Shown: positions 19,801-29,132 of the stretch, piece by piece | Layout: each line of letters starts with the position of its first letter | Position numbering within the stretch: position 1 is the stretch's first letter | Source of the DNA: an uncultured Gammaproteobacteria bacterium | Lineage (GTDB): Bacteria; Patescibacteriota; Microgenomatia; Levybacterales; UBA12049 | Length of the DNA stretch: 64,000 bases | Assembly (NCBI GenBank): GCA_964424775.1 | Contig: CAYRJZ010000002.1 | Coordinates: 73,736-137,735 of the forward strand | Reading direction: 5' to 3' | Notes under the pieces: model-generated | The model's database searches: none | What the model was told of the DNA's origin: nothing | The model's input: the letters and a program-made list of their open reading frames with translations, nothing else | Translations under genes and position numbers: made by a program

Positions 19801-19914
19801 GCATTTAAGAGTGCTCAGAAATTATTGAATGCGCATGTATTTAAATATTTAGACAATGGAGATCTTGTTGAGGTCAGAACAGCTACATCTCCCGCTGAAT
19901 TGAATGAAGAATAA
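16831..19914 (+). CDS. Large (1,027 aa) O-antigen-ligase (Wzy_C) domain fusion membrane protein with a second polytopic domain and a C-terminal soluble domain
   Basis: The start was moved to the in-frame ATG at 16831 (MKKFLNF...); the ORF-track start at 16744 overlaps the upstream gene. Wzy_C signatures are present: MTNSRVSF (T-x-SR) and the periplasmic-loop motif ATDNNYLRILGETGSLGF (H/N-N-Y-L-x-x-L-x-E-x-G). After a soluble linker, a second block of about 10 TM helices follows, then a C-terminal soluble domain. Confidence 0.55.
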   Translation: MKKFLNFISNNSLLILTLFFIAFIPLYPKLPLFDIKHTWVYIRLEDLLVALTWGVFLIHLILRKATLKTPLTVPIFTFWIIGALATFNGVLFIFPELRDVFPQIAFLHYLRRLEYLSFFFLAFSAIKKKSSLTPVIVTLTVTLIAIVIYGIGQRVYGFPAFLTMNEEFAKGVPLRLSPLSRVASTFAGHYDLAAYLILLIPIMGGLVFGFKKIWQKAIFLFAGTGALILLLMTNSRVSFSVYMVSIVVLLVLLKKKLFIIPVLALSILLLQSFPGISQRFASTFTQVDLAVDSRTGKPIGIVSEGGENDGKIVIEDKQSTGENLPQGSKYINIPSTSGSEFTSEIVYKKLRPGSGQEKIISRTGEVIVKKAFAYDVSFTTRLQGEWPRATEAFLRNILLGSGYSSINLATDNNYLRILGETGSLGFLSFFFIFLTIGIYAFKILPDITDARARAFVIGTMSGIFGLSLNAVLIDVFEASKVAFSLWLLVGVLMGVLVQYQKKPIHLFKEIKDILLSVPALLLYLGGIGFLVFLSGLSNYFVGDDFTWLRWAADCQAALSQNTNACGSFVQTIIGYFTDSQNFFYRPGTKTYFFLMYPIFELFPLPFHVVSVLLHVAAASLIFFILNKLFGSRLWSFVGAVLFSVLSTHAESVYWISVTGTLITANLILFSLLIFLYWRENKNIFLFLLMLPSLLVATFFQEFGVIGPVMLIALDSVLSRENGGVKTLRKNLLWYLLLFVPVILYYILRQNAQSIWFSGDYSYNLMKLPFNFLGNAVGYILLALFGPSSLSFYSFFRNLSSDNVIVVTLFGFVLLGIGFYIVRKYYSTISKKTSLYIIFGLTLFVTSLLPFLGLGNIAPRYNYLASFGIIIIVVVLLRSAYTRLSKRSKETAIAVIFITIALFAFYHVRELQRIQQDWKKAGEITNNTLVSLSYAYRNTDEATPSAKTFFFVNKPIRYGEAWVFPVGLNDALWFSFQSKDIRIIESSAEDEAFKSAQKLLNAHVFKYLDNGDLVEVRTATSPAELNEE

Positions 19915-21352
19915 AGCTTTATTGTTACTCTTACTTATATTTTTAGGCTCAATTTTTGTTCGATTATATCGTTTTGATAATCCTGTTGCTGATTGGCATT
20001 CATGGAGACAGGCAGATACAGCATCTGTAACACGAAATTTTGTACAAGAAGGGTATACTCCTTTCTTTCCAAAATTTGACGTATTAAATTCCCTCAACGA
20101 GACATTTACTCCTAATCCAAATAGATATTTTTTTGCAGAGTTTCCACTTTATAACTCATTGACGTATTTTGGATTTATCCTTTTTGATTTTTTCACCCTT
20201 GAACAGTGGGGAAGGGTAATTAGTATAGGAGCATCGTCATTAACTGTCATAGTTCTTTACTTTTTAGTAAAGCATTATTCGAATTCAAGAATTGCGATGT
20301 TTGCTTCTTTCCTCTTTGCATTTCTTCCTTTTAATATTTATTGGGGAAGAGTAATTATGCCTGATGCATTGCATATTTTTTTAAGTGTTTTTACATTTTT
20401 TCTTGTTACACGGTGGCTCGATTCCAAAAAAATACTTTATGCACTCCTTGCCAGCATTATCTATGCAGGAGCGTTACTCACCAAACCATATGCACTCGTT
20501 CTCCTATTACCACTTGTATATTTAATACTTCGAACATATAAATTTTCTGTCTGGAAACAGTATGCTGTTTATTTGTTTTTTATCCTTTCACTGGCTCCTT
20601 TATTTCTTTGGAGATGGCATATAAGTCAGTATCCAGAGGGAATGTTTGGGACGACATGGCTTTATAATCAAGGTGGAATAAGATTTACAGGTGCTTTTTT
20701 CCGATGGATTATTTATGATCGGATGAATAGATTGATCTTTGCAACTGGAGGTTTTGTATTATTTTGGCTTGGGGTTATAAGTGGATATAACAAAAAAGAA
20801 GGATGGTTTTATTTGTTATGGCTGGTAAGTATTTTTGTCTTCATTACTGTTATTGCTAGAGGAAATGTAACTCATGATTATTATCAACTTCCACTCGTTC
20901 CAATAGGCTGTATTTTTATGGCAAAAGGAATTGATTTTCTTATTACCTATAAGAATACTTTGTTTCAAAGGGCAATTAATATAGGAATTATTGGAGTATT
21001 ATTAGCACTTCTTTTTGCCTTCGGATGGTATGAAATAAGAGGATACTATTATGTAAATAATCCATCGATAATTAAAGCAGGACAATATGTTGATAAAAAT
21101 CTTCCTCAAGATGCTATTGTCATTGCTCCATACCAGAACGACACAGCTTTTCTCTATCAAACGAATAGACATGGGTATACAGTAGGAGAAGGAAAAATTG
21201 AAGAATACAGAGAAGAAGGCGCAACACATTTGGTTTCCGTCAATTTTGATGATGCAACAAATGAATGGGCTAAAAGATGCACCGTAATTGAAAAAAATAA
21301 GGATTTTATTGTCGTTGACCTCACTGAGTGTGCTGCAGGGGAAGAAAAATGA
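19904..21352 (+). CDS. GT-C glycosyltransferase, ArnT/PMT (GT83/GT39-like) family
   Basis: VRLYRFDNPVADWHSWRQADTASVTRNF is the hallmark first-loop region of ArnT/PMT-type GT-C enzymes. Many TM helices follow, then a C-terminal soluble domain. Confidence 0.65.
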   Translation: MKNKALLLLLLIFLGSIFVRLYRFDNPVADWHSWRQADTASVTRNFVQEGYTPFFPKFDVLNSLNETFTPNPNRYFFAEFPLYNSLTYFGFILFDFFTLEQWGRVISIGASSLTVIVLYFLVKHYSNSRIAMFASFLFAFLPFNIYWGRVIMPDALHIFLSVFTFFLVTRWLDSKKILYALLASIIYAGALLTKPYALVLLLPLVYLILRTYKFSVWKQYAVYLFFILSLAPLFLWRWHISQYPEGMFGTTWLYNQGGIRFTGAFFRWIIYDRMNRLIFATGGFVLFWLGVISGYNKKEGWFYLLWLVSIFVFITVIARGNVTHDYYQLPLVPIGCIFMAKGIDFLITYKNTLFQRAINIGIIGVLLALLFAFGWYEIRGYYYVNNPSIIKAGQYVDKNLPQDAIVIAPYQNDTAFLYQTNRHGYTVGEGKIEEYREEGATHLVSVNFDDATNEWAKRCTVIEKNKDFIVVDLTECAAGEEK

Positions 21353-21353
21353 C

Positions 21354-22553
21354 ATGAAAATTCTTATTGTTGCATCATACCTTCCCTTTCCTCTTCTGAA
21401 TGGAGGGAATATCCGGCTTTTCAATCTTATTAAAGAGTTATCCTCCCGTCATGAAATTACTCTTATATGTGAAAAACGCATACATCAAACACAAAAAGAT
21501 ATAGACGAGGTTAAGAAATACTGTACCAAAGTAGTAACATTTCCTCGTCGAAAACAATGGAGTGTGAAAAATATATTTTTGTCTGGCTTATCGCAAAAAT
21601 CTTTTCTGACAACAGGTCACAGACTGCCTGATATGACTGCAGGAATTGAAAAAGAACTAAAAGAAAGTAAATATGATGTTATTCATGTTGAAACATTTTA
21701 TGTTCAGCAAAATCTTCCTCCCACATCTCTTCCAGTAGTACTCATTGAGCATAATATTGAGTATCTTGTTTATGAACGATACATGAGAAATGCCTTTCCT
21801 CTTTTACAGCCACTCTTATCACTGGACATTAAAAAAATAAAGAGAGAGGAAGAACAATGTTGGAAACAAGCAACAGTTGTCGCGACTGTTTCCGAAGAAG
21901 AGAAAAAGTATATAAAAAAAGATAAGGTTTATGTAGTACCTAACGGTGTAGATATGAAGCAATTCACTCTTAAGAAAGTACCGGATAATTTTGAAAAAAA
22001 AGAAAAAAGAATTTTATATATTGGGGATTATAAATGGATTCAAAATAGCGACGCTGCTTCGTATATCATAAAAGATGTATGGCCAGAAATAAAAAAAAGA
22101 CTCTCAACTTCTCGTTTTGAGTATTACTTGTGGATCGTTGGGAGAAATATGTCTGTAGGACTTAAAAAATTAGGTGTGGATGATTCGTCAATTATTTTTG
22201 ATGACAATAACTCTGACCCAACAAATAAAATATTTACCTATGCAGATGTTCTCTTAGCGCCAAAGAGAGTGGGTGGCGGGACGAGCTATAAAATAATTGA
22301 ATCAATGGCAGTTGGCACACCAGTTGTAACAACTCCATTAGGACTTGAAGGATTAGATATAAAGGCGAGTAGAGATATTCTTGTTGGAGATACTCCAGAT
22401 GAGCTTGCTGAAGCAGTGTGTACCGTTTTAACGAATGAGGAAGAGTATAAGAGAATTTCAGCTAGGTCTCGTCAGGCTGTTGAAGAGAAATATGCGTGGC
22501 CAGCAATTACTTCCCGACTTGAGCAAGCTTATAAAGAAGCTCTACAGAAATAA
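21354..22553 (+). CDS. GT4 glycosyltransferase
   Basis: The start was taken at ATG 21354 (MKILIVASYLPFPLLNGG), two nt after the upstream TGA. The C-domain has GGGTSYKIIESMAVGTPVVTT. Confidence 0.75.
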   Translation: MKILIVASYLPFPLLNGGNIRLFNLIKELSSRHEITLICEKRIHQTQKDIDEVKKYCTKVVTFPRRKQWSVKNIFLSGLSQKSFLTTGHRLPDMTAGIEKELKESKYDVIHVETFYVQQNLPPTSLPVVLIEHNIEYLVYERYMRNAFPLLQPLLSLDIKKIKREEEQCWKQATVVATVSEEEKKYIKKDKVYVVPNGVDMKQFTLKKVPDNFEKKEKRILYIGDYKWIQNSDAASYIIKDVWPEIKKRLSTSRFEYYLWIVGRNMSVGLKKLGVDDSSIIFDDNNSDPTNKIFTYADVLLAPKRVGGGTSYKIIESMAVGTPVVTTPLGLEGLDIKASRDILVGDTPDELAEAVCTVLTNEEEYKRISARSRQAVEEKYAWPAITSRLEQAYKEALQK

Positions 22554-22576
22554 CTGATTTCACGTATAATAGTCAC

Positions 22577-23674
22577 ATGAAAGTTGGTATTGACGCTCGT
22601 TTTTGGAATGAAACAGGGGTTGGACGATACATTCGCAATCTTGTTTTGAATCTTCAAACTATTGATAAAAAAAATGAATATGTTCTTTTTGTTACTCCAA
22701 AGGACAAAGAAGCTGTTGAAAGTGTGCTCACTAACTCACATTTTCAAATAAAAGTTGTCAATATTCCCTGGCATTCATTCTCCGAACAGATACAACTGCC
22801 ACCTGCGATTAGCAAAGAAGACGTAGACCTCATGCATTTCCCTTATTTTGCTGTTCCTCTTTTTTATAAAAACCCATTTGTGGTTACTATTCATGATTTG
22901 ATCCTTCATCATTTTCCAACTGGTGAGGCATCAACCCTTCCAACAATTATGTACAGAGCAAAATTATTAGCATACAAATTTATCATTAAAAATGCTGCAA
23001 AACAGGCAGAGAGAGTAATTGTTGTTTCAGAAGCAACAAAAGATGAAGTCATTGACCACTTGAAGATACAGAAAGATAAAATTGATGTCATTTATGAAGG
23101 CTATGAACTTCCTAAAAAAACTTCCCTTTCTTTCGTTCTTAAAAAACCCTATTTTTTACATATTGGTAATGTCTATCCGCACAAAAACTCAAAAGTTCTT
23201 GTAGATGCTTTTGAAAGATTTTCGAAAGATACATATTTATACTTTGTCGGAAGGAGCGACTTTTTTACTGATAAATTGAAAAAGTATATAGATAAAAAGC
23301 AGATTCAAAATATTTCCTTTCTTCACAGGGTCAATGATAAGGAATTAAGCACAATGTATGCAGAAGCAAGTGCTGTTGTCATTCCCTCATTTATGGAGGG
23401 TTTTGGACTTCCTGCAATTGAATCTATGTCTCATCAAACTCCCGTTATAGCATCAGATATTCCATCTCTTCGAGAAATTACTGGTGGAAATGCTCTGTTT
23501 TTCAATCCTAACTCTCAACAGGAGTTAGAACAGAAAATGCAGCTTGTGTTGAAGTCAAAAAATGAATTAAAAGATATAACAACAAGCGCTCAAAAATATA
23601 TCGAGAAATATGATTGGAAAAAAATGGCTGAGCAAACACTTAAAATTTATGAAAGTAGCACTCGTATACGATAG
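22577..23674 (+). CDS. GT4 glycosyltransferase
   Basis: MKVGIDARFWNETGVGRY, FLHIGNVYPHKN, FMEGFGLPAIESMSHQTPVIAS. Confidence 0.8.
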   Translation: MKVGIDARFWNETGVGRYIRNLVLNLQTIDKKNEYVLFVTPKDKEAVESVLTNSHFQIKVVNIPWHSFSEQIQLPPAISKEDVDLMHFPYFAVPLFYKNPFVVTIHDLILHHFPTGEASTLPTIMYRAKLLAYKFIIKNAAKQAERVIVVSEATKDEVIDHLKIQKDKIDVIYEGYELPKKTSLSFVLKKPYFLHIGNVYPHKNSKVLVDAFERFSKDTYLYFVGRSDFFTDKLKKYIDKKQIQNISFLHRVNDKELSTMYAEASAVVIPSFMEGFGLPAIESMSHQTPVIASDIPSLREITGGNALFFNPNSQQELEQKMQLVLKSKNELKDITTSAQKYIEKYDWKKMAEQTLKIYESSTRIR

Positions 23675-24740
23675 AGTAAATAAATGGGGTGGAGCTGAAC
23701 GTGTCCTCTTAGCACTTCACTCACTTTTTCCTGATGCTCCTTTATACACCTCAGTATATAATTCTGAGACTGCAGGGTGGGCAGATGAGATAGAAGTTAT
23801 TCCATCATTTCTTCAGAATCTTCCTTTTGCAAAAAGGGCTCATGAATTTTATCCCTTATTAATGCCTGCTGCATTTGAATCATTCAATTTTGATGAATAT
23901 GATCTTGTCATTTCAGTTACAAGTGAATCAGCAAAGGGGATTTTGACCAAACCGCATACCAGACATATTTGTTACTGTCTTACACCGACACGCTATCTCT
24001 GGAGCGGATATGAAGAATACTTCACCAATAAAGCACTCAAATTGCTTTCAACACCGGCAGTAAAATATCTTCGCGAGTGGGACAAAGTTAGTTCTGCGCG
24101 TCCGGATGCCTTTATTTCCATTTCTCAGGAAGTACAATCACGAGTAAAAAAATATTATGGAAGAGAATCAGAAGTTATCCATCCACCTGTCTCATTATTT
24201 GAAGGAGTGGATGAAGTGCAGAAGTTAGCTAACCAGGAAGACTATTACCTTGTCGTCTCACGACTTGTTCCCTATAAAAGAGTCGATTTAGCGATAAAGG
24301 CATGCAATAAGTTAAAAAAGAAGCTCATTATTATCGGAACAGGATCAGAAGAAGCATACTTACGAAGTATAGCTGGTCCTACAGTTAAGTTTATTGGTTA
24401 TGTGTCAGATGACGTTTTAAGGCAATTTTATGTATCTAGTAAAGCTCTCATTTTTCCTGGACTTGAAGATTTTGGTATCACTATGGTTGAGGCGCAGGGA
24501 TTGGGTGTTCCTGTCATTGCATATGGTAAAGGTGGTGCAAGTGAGATTGTTATCGATAAAAAAACAGGGATACTATTTCAAAGACAGAGTATTGAGGCAC
24601 TAAGTGAAGCAATTACGATGTGTGAACAAATGGATTTTCATAAAGGTTATCTTTACGAACAAGCTCAGCTTTTCTCATTAACTCGTTTTGAAAAAGAAAT
24701 GAAAAAATATATTGCTAATTACTTTGCTAATTTAGGATAA
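23649..24740 (+). CDS. GT4 glycosyltransferase
   Basis: The start was taken at ATG 23649 (MKVALVYDRVNKWGGAERV, the canonical GT4 N-terminus). The C-domain has GLEDFGITMVEAQGLGVPVIAYGKGG. Confidence 0.75.
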   Translation: MKVALVYDRVNKWGGAERVLLALHSLFPDAPLYTSVYNSETAGWADEIEVIPSFLQNLPFAKRAHEFYPLLMPAAFESFNFDEYDLVISVTSESAKGILTKPHTRHICYCLTPTRYLWSGYEEYFTNKALKLLSTPAVKYLREWDKVSSARPDAFISISQEVQSRVKKYYGRESEVIHPPVSLFEGVDEVQKLANQEDYYLVVSRLVPYKRVDLAIKACNKLKKKLIIIGTGSEEAYLRSIAGPTVKFIGYVSDDVLRQFYVSSKALIFPGLEDFGITMVEAQGLGVPVIAYGKGGASEIVIDKKTGILFQRQSIEALSEAITMCEQMDFHKGYLYEQAQLFSLTRFEKEMKKYIANYFANLG

Positions 24741-24764
24741 TATAGATATAATACTTATTAACTC

Positions 24765-25847
24765 ATGAAAATTATTGTTTTTGCAGGAGGTGTTGGTTCT
24801 CGACTTTGGCCACTCTCACGAAAGAATACTCCAAAACAATTCGGGCAGATTATTGGTGAAGAATCAACGCTGCAATCAACAATAAATCGTCTCCTTCCTG
24901 AATTTAAAGCTGAAGATATCTATATTGCTACCGGAAAACAATACGCAAATGTTGTTCGTGAACAACTCCCGATGATTCCAGCAGAAAATTTTATACTTGA
25001 ACCAGCAACACGAGATGTAGGACCAGCAATTGGACTTAACGCTTTTTTGCTTGATAAAAAATTTAGTGATGAACCTATTGCGATATTGTGGAGCGATCAT
25101 ATGGTCAAAAATGAAGTTATGTTTCGTCATGTTTTACGACTTGCTGAGTCAAGTGTCCTCAACCACAATGGGAAATTTGTATTTATTGCACAAAAACCAC
25201 GTTTTGCAAATCAGAATTTAGGTTGGATTGAGCTTGGAGATAAGTTAAAAGAGGAAGAGGGAGCGGAAATCTATAGATTCCAAAGGCTTCGGTATAGACC
25301 AAAGCTTGAAGATGCACAGCTTTTCTTTAAAAATGCCTCCTTTGTCTGGAATTTGGGATATTTTGTAACTACTCCTCGAACTTTGGTAAATCTTTTTCAG
25401 GAGTATGCTCCAGACATGCATAACCAACTTATGGAAATTAGGGATGCGTGGGGAACTGATGCATATGAACAGAAGTTAGAAGAAATCTATCCTACACTTG
25501 AGAAAATCAGTTTTGACGATGCAATATTAGTAAAGATGACACCTGATGATGTCTATGTGATCGCAACTGATCTTGGGTGGAGTGATATTGGAGCGTGGGA
25601 TGCCCTCAAAGAAGCACTATCAGAAGAGAGTTCACAGAATATTACCAAAGGTAATGTTCTCCTTGAAGATACACAAGACACTCTTGCATTCAACTACACG
25701 AATCAATTAGCTGTTGGAATAGATTTAAGCGAGCTTCTCATAATTAACACTGAAGATGTTCTTCTTATTTGTCCAAAGCAGTCGGTACCTAAGATTAAGA
25801 AACTGGTCGAAAGTCTCTCTGGGACACCACTTGAGCATCTTGCTTAA
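24765..25847 (+). CDS. manC: Mannose-1-phosphate guanylyltransferase (GDP-mannose pyrophosphorylase); no PMI domain
   Basis: MKIIVFAGGVGSRLWPLSR.NTPKQF (the GG-x-G-x-RLWPLS signature of ManC/CpsB); 360 aa. Confidence 0.75.
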   Translation: MKIIVFAGGVGSRLWPLSRKNTPKQFGQIIGEESTLQSTINRLLPEFKAEDIYIATGKQYANVVREQLPMIPAENFILEPATRDVGPAIGLNAFLLDKKFSDEPIAILWSDHMVKNEVMFRHVLRLAESSVLNHNGKFVFIAQKPRFANQNLGWIELGDKLKEEEGAEIYRFQRLRYRPKLEDAQLFFKNASFVWNLGYFVTTPRTLVNLFQEYAPDMHNQLMEIRDAWGTDAYEQKLEEIYPTLEKISFDDAILVKMTPDDVYVIATDLGWSDIGAWDALKEALSEESSQNITKGNVLLEDTQDTLAFNYTNQLAVGIDLSELLIINTEDVLLICPKQSVPKIKKLVESLSGTPLEHLA

Positions 25848-25852
25848 CACCC

Positions 25853-26518
25853 ATGCCCTACAAAGAAATTAAAAAAAGTGAATACTACGAGATTGTAAAA
25901 CGCCTTCTGGATATTTTATTTGCATCAATACTTTTAATCATTTTTTCTCCAGTTATTTTGTTGGTAACTCTAGCAATCAAACTTAATTCACCAGGTCCAG
26001 TCCTCGCTGATACCCCTGAGCGGGTAGGGAAAAACGGCAAACCATTTAAAATGTTCAAATTTCGATCTATGATCCAAAATGCGCACACAATCCTTCGGGA
26101 AGATCCTGAATTTGCAAAGTTATATGAAATGTACAAACAAGGTAGTTATAAATTAAAAAATGATCCTCGTATAACAAGTGTTGGGAAAATTATTCGCAAA
26201 TTTTCTTTGGATGAAGTTCCACAATTATTCAATATATTGATAGGAGATATGAGTCTTGTTGGCCCACGTGCATATTATCCTGATGAACTTCGGGAGCAGC
26301 AAAAAAAATATCCTGAGACACAGGAGTCGGTAAAAATAGTACTTTCTGTCAAACCAGGTCTCACTGGCTTTTGGCAAGTTTCAGGAAGAAGTGAGATCAA
26401 CTTTGATAAGAGGATCGAGATGGATGCTGAGTACGTGAGAAAGCGTTCAATTGTGTATGATTTTTATATTATCGCACGTACACCATGGGCTATGATTTCA
26501 GGAAAAGGTGCACTCTAG
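25853..26518 (+). CDS. Small initiating phosphoglycosyltransferase (bacterial sugar transferase, PglC/WbaP C-domain type)
   Basis: One N-terminal re-entrant helix, [25 protein letters not shown] and [11 protein letters not shown], which are the PF02397 signatures. Confidence 0.8.
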   Translation: MPYKEIKKSEYYEIVKRLLDILFASILLIIFSPVILLVTLAIKLNSPGPVLADTPERVGKNGKPFKMFKFRSMIQNAHTILREDPEFAKLYEMYKQGSYKLKNDPRITSVGKIIRKFSLDEVPQLFNILIGDMSLVGPRAYYPDELREQQKKYPETQESVKIVLSVKPGLTGFWQVSGRSEINFDKRIEMDAEYVRKRSIVYDFYIIARTPWAMISGKGAL

Positions 26519-26559
26519 AGATTTGACATAAAAAAAAGTGAACTGTATCATAGAAAGAT

Positions 26560-28521
26560 ATGGCTGGTTTTGAAAAAATTGATCTGGTTTCACGGACGAG
26601 AAGTAGACTTCAGCCTAAAGAAGAGGACAATACTATGGGAAGACAAAGAAATAGAAAGAAATTATTTAGAATTACTCGAAAAAATGTCGGGAAAGTTGTT
26701 GGAATTGCACTAGTAATAATTCTTTTGTTAACTTTTGGATTGATCCTTCCGGGAGTGAGACTTGCTAAATCCGCACAAGCGACCTATACCCAGGCAAGAG
26801 TTTTATCTAGTGCACTAAAGCAACAAAATATTGAGCTTGCGTCAGTTGAACTTGAAAAAACAAAAGCAGCACTTTCAGATACACAGAACAAGATGAAACC
26901 TCTTATCTATCTGAAGTTTATTCCAATTGTTAATTTTTATTACAATGATGCAGAACATGGATTAAAAGCAGGTGAAGAGGGAATGAAAGCTGCAACAATA
27001 GTTGTTGACTCACTCAAACCTTACGCTGACGTTTTAGGACTCAAAGGTCAGGGATCTTTTGCTGGTGGTTCTGCAGAAGACCGAATTAAAACAGCAGTAC
27101 TTTCCATGGGAAAGATTACACCTCGTATTGATGAAATTTCAGACAGTCTTGTTAAAGTAAGGGCAGAAGTTGATCAGATAAATCCTGATCACTATCCCGA
27201 ATTTTTGTTCGGAAAGAAAATAAAATCTCAACTCACTCAGGCAAAGCTTCTCACAGATCAGGGTGTAGAATTCGTTGATGAGGCACGTCCACTTATTAAA
27301 GTTTTACCTTCGCTTCTTGGTGAGAAAGAAGAGAAAAAGTACTTAGTTCTTTTCCAGAATGACAAAGAACTTCGCCCAACTGGAGGATTTATTACTGCGT
27401 ATGCAATTTTTAGACTTGATAAGGGTGTTATTAAGCTTGATCGTTCAGATGATATTTATGTTCTTGATGACTCAATTCCCAACAAACCAAAAGCACCTGC
27501 GCCTATTTTAAAATATCTTCCAAAGGTTCCAACTCTTAACCTTCGTGATTCAAATCTTTCTCCAGATTTTATTGAGTCAATGAAGGAGTTCAATAAACTC
27601 TACGATCGGGCAGGTCAGAAAGTAGAGGTAGATGGTATTATCGCTATTGATACAAATGTTCTTGTTGAAACTATCCGTGTACTTGATGATCAAATTACCG
27701 TCAACGGTACAACATATAATACAAAAGAAGATTCACGATGCGATTGTCCTCAAGTTATTTATGAGCTAGAGAATAACATCTCCCGCCCTGTGAATTATGT
27801 TAGAACAGATAGAAAAGCACTTCTGGGGGACATGTTAACTGCTCTTATGAGTAAAGCGCTTTCATCTTCTCCCAAACAGTACTGGGGACCTCTTTTCCAG
27901 ACAATGTTAAATCAAACATATCAAAAACACGTGATGTTCTACTTATATGATGAAAATGCTCAGTCTGGTATTGAGGCACTCAATGCAGCAGGGCGCATAC
28001 TGCCATTTGAAGGAGACTATCTCCATATCAATGACACTAACTTTGGAGGGGCAAAGTCCAATCTCTTTGTAGAGCAGGAAATTGAGGTAAATTATGAAGT
28101 AAGTGGAGATGGAAGAGTAGTAAAAACTGTTACGGCTGATTATAAAAATACCTATCCACCATCAGATTGTAATTTAGAACGTGGAGGACTGTGTCTGAAC
28201 GCAGAGTTAAGAGATTGGGTCAGGCTATATGTTCCCAAAGGAAGTAAATACATAAAAAATACAGGATCTGAAGTGAAAATGACGACAAGTGAGGATTTGG
28301 GAAAGACTGTTATCGAAGGATTTATTACAGTTCGTCCGCTTGGAAAAACAAAGCTAACAGTTACCTATGAACTTCCATTCAAAGTAGAAAATGGCACATT
28401 ACCTGTACTTATTCAAAAACAGCCTGGCACATATGGACCTTCGTACACGATTAAAGTTAACGGAAAAACAGTTGAAAAGTTTGATCTCCTTACCGATAAA
28501 GAATTAAAACTTCGAGTATAA
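26560..28521 (+). CDS. Membrane-anchored large extracytoplasmic protein (DUF4012-like; function unknown)
   Basis: Basic N-terminus, single TM (VVGIALVIILLLTFGLIL) and a roughly 580 aa exodomain. The motif QNDKELRPTGGFI recalls the DUF4012 family, but that family call is uncertain. Confidence 0.35.
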   Translation: MAGFEKIDLVSRTRSRLQPKEEDNTMGRQRNRKKLFRITRKNVGKVVGIALVIILLLTFGLILPGVRLAKSAQATYTQARVLSSALKQQNIELASVELEKTKAALSDTQNKMKPLIYLKFIPIVNFYYNDAEHGLKAGEEGMKAATIVVDSLKPYADVLGLKGQGSFAGGSAEDRIKTAVLSMGKITPRIDEISDSLVKVRAEVDQINPDHYPEFLFGKKIKSQLTQAKLLTDQGVEFVDEARPLIKVLPSLLGEKEEKKYLVLFQNDKELRPTGGFITAYAIFRLDKGVIKLDRSDDIYVLDDSIPNKPKAPAPILKYLPKVPTLNLRDSNLSPDFIESMKEFNKLYDRAGQKVEVDGIIAIDTNVLVETIRVLDDQITVNGTTYNTKEDSRCDCPQVIYELENNISRPVNYVRTDRKALLGDMLTALMSKALSSSPKQYWGPLFQTMLNQTYQKHVMFYLYDENAQSGIEALNAAGRILPFEGDYLHINDTNFGGAKSNLFVEQEIEVNYEVSGDGRVVKTVTADYKNTYPPSDCNLERGGLCLNAELRDWVRLYVPKGSKYIKNTGSEVKMTTSEDLGKTVIEGFITVRPLGKTKLTVTYELPFKVENGTLPVLIQKQPGTYGPSYTIKVNGKTVEKFDLLTDKELKLRV

Positions 28522-28528
28522 TAGTCTG

Positions 28529-29086
28529 GTGCGAAATCTCAAAACGTCAGGTATAGTCATAAAAAGGCGCAACTTCAACGAAGCAGACAGAATAATTACT
28601 CTTTATACGAGTGACTTTGGAAAAATTCAGGTAAAAGCTCAGGGAGTGAGAAAAATCACCAGTAGACGGTCTTCTCACATTGAGCAATTGAATGAAGTTC
28701 AGGTAAGTCTCTATAAAGGAGCTTCATTATACACACTTGTTGAGGCGCAGATGATAGAGACGTATCAAGAAATAAAATCGGATCTTCAAAAAACCGGTGC
28801 TGCATATCATGTCTGTGAGTTAATTGAAGGACTTTGTCCTGAAAATCAAGAACAGTCCTCAATATATGAACTTGTCATAAATACGCTCAGAGAACTAGAA
28901 GAAGCTGACAGTGATTCGCTTGAATTTTTGCTTCATACATTTGAAGTCGAGTTATTAACTCACTTAGGATATTGGCATGGAAGTCCTGACGGCTCTCGTA
29001 CACTCAATACACATCAATTTATTGAAGGAATTCTTGAGAGAAAATTACGTAGTCACCGAATATTTGAGAGAATCGACGCGAAATAA
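28529..29086 (+). CDS. recO: DNA repair protein RecO (short form)
   Basis: N-terminal OB fold (GIVIKRRNFNEADRIITLYTSDFGKI), then a helical domain ending LLTHLGYW. Size and pattern match RecO. Confidence 0.55.
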   Translation: MRNLKTSGIVIKRRNFNEADRIITLYTSDFGKIQVKAQGVRKITSRRSSHIEQLNEVQVSLYKGASLYTLVEAQMIETYQEIKSDLQKTGAAYHVCELIEGLCPENQEQSSIYELVINTLRELEEADSDSLEFLLHTFEVELLTHLGYWHGSPDGSRTLNTHQFIEGILERKLRSHRIFERIDAK

Positions 29087-29132
29087 TACTCAACTTCTTT
29101 TTTAAATAGGTATTTTCTGTTATCATAGGCTC

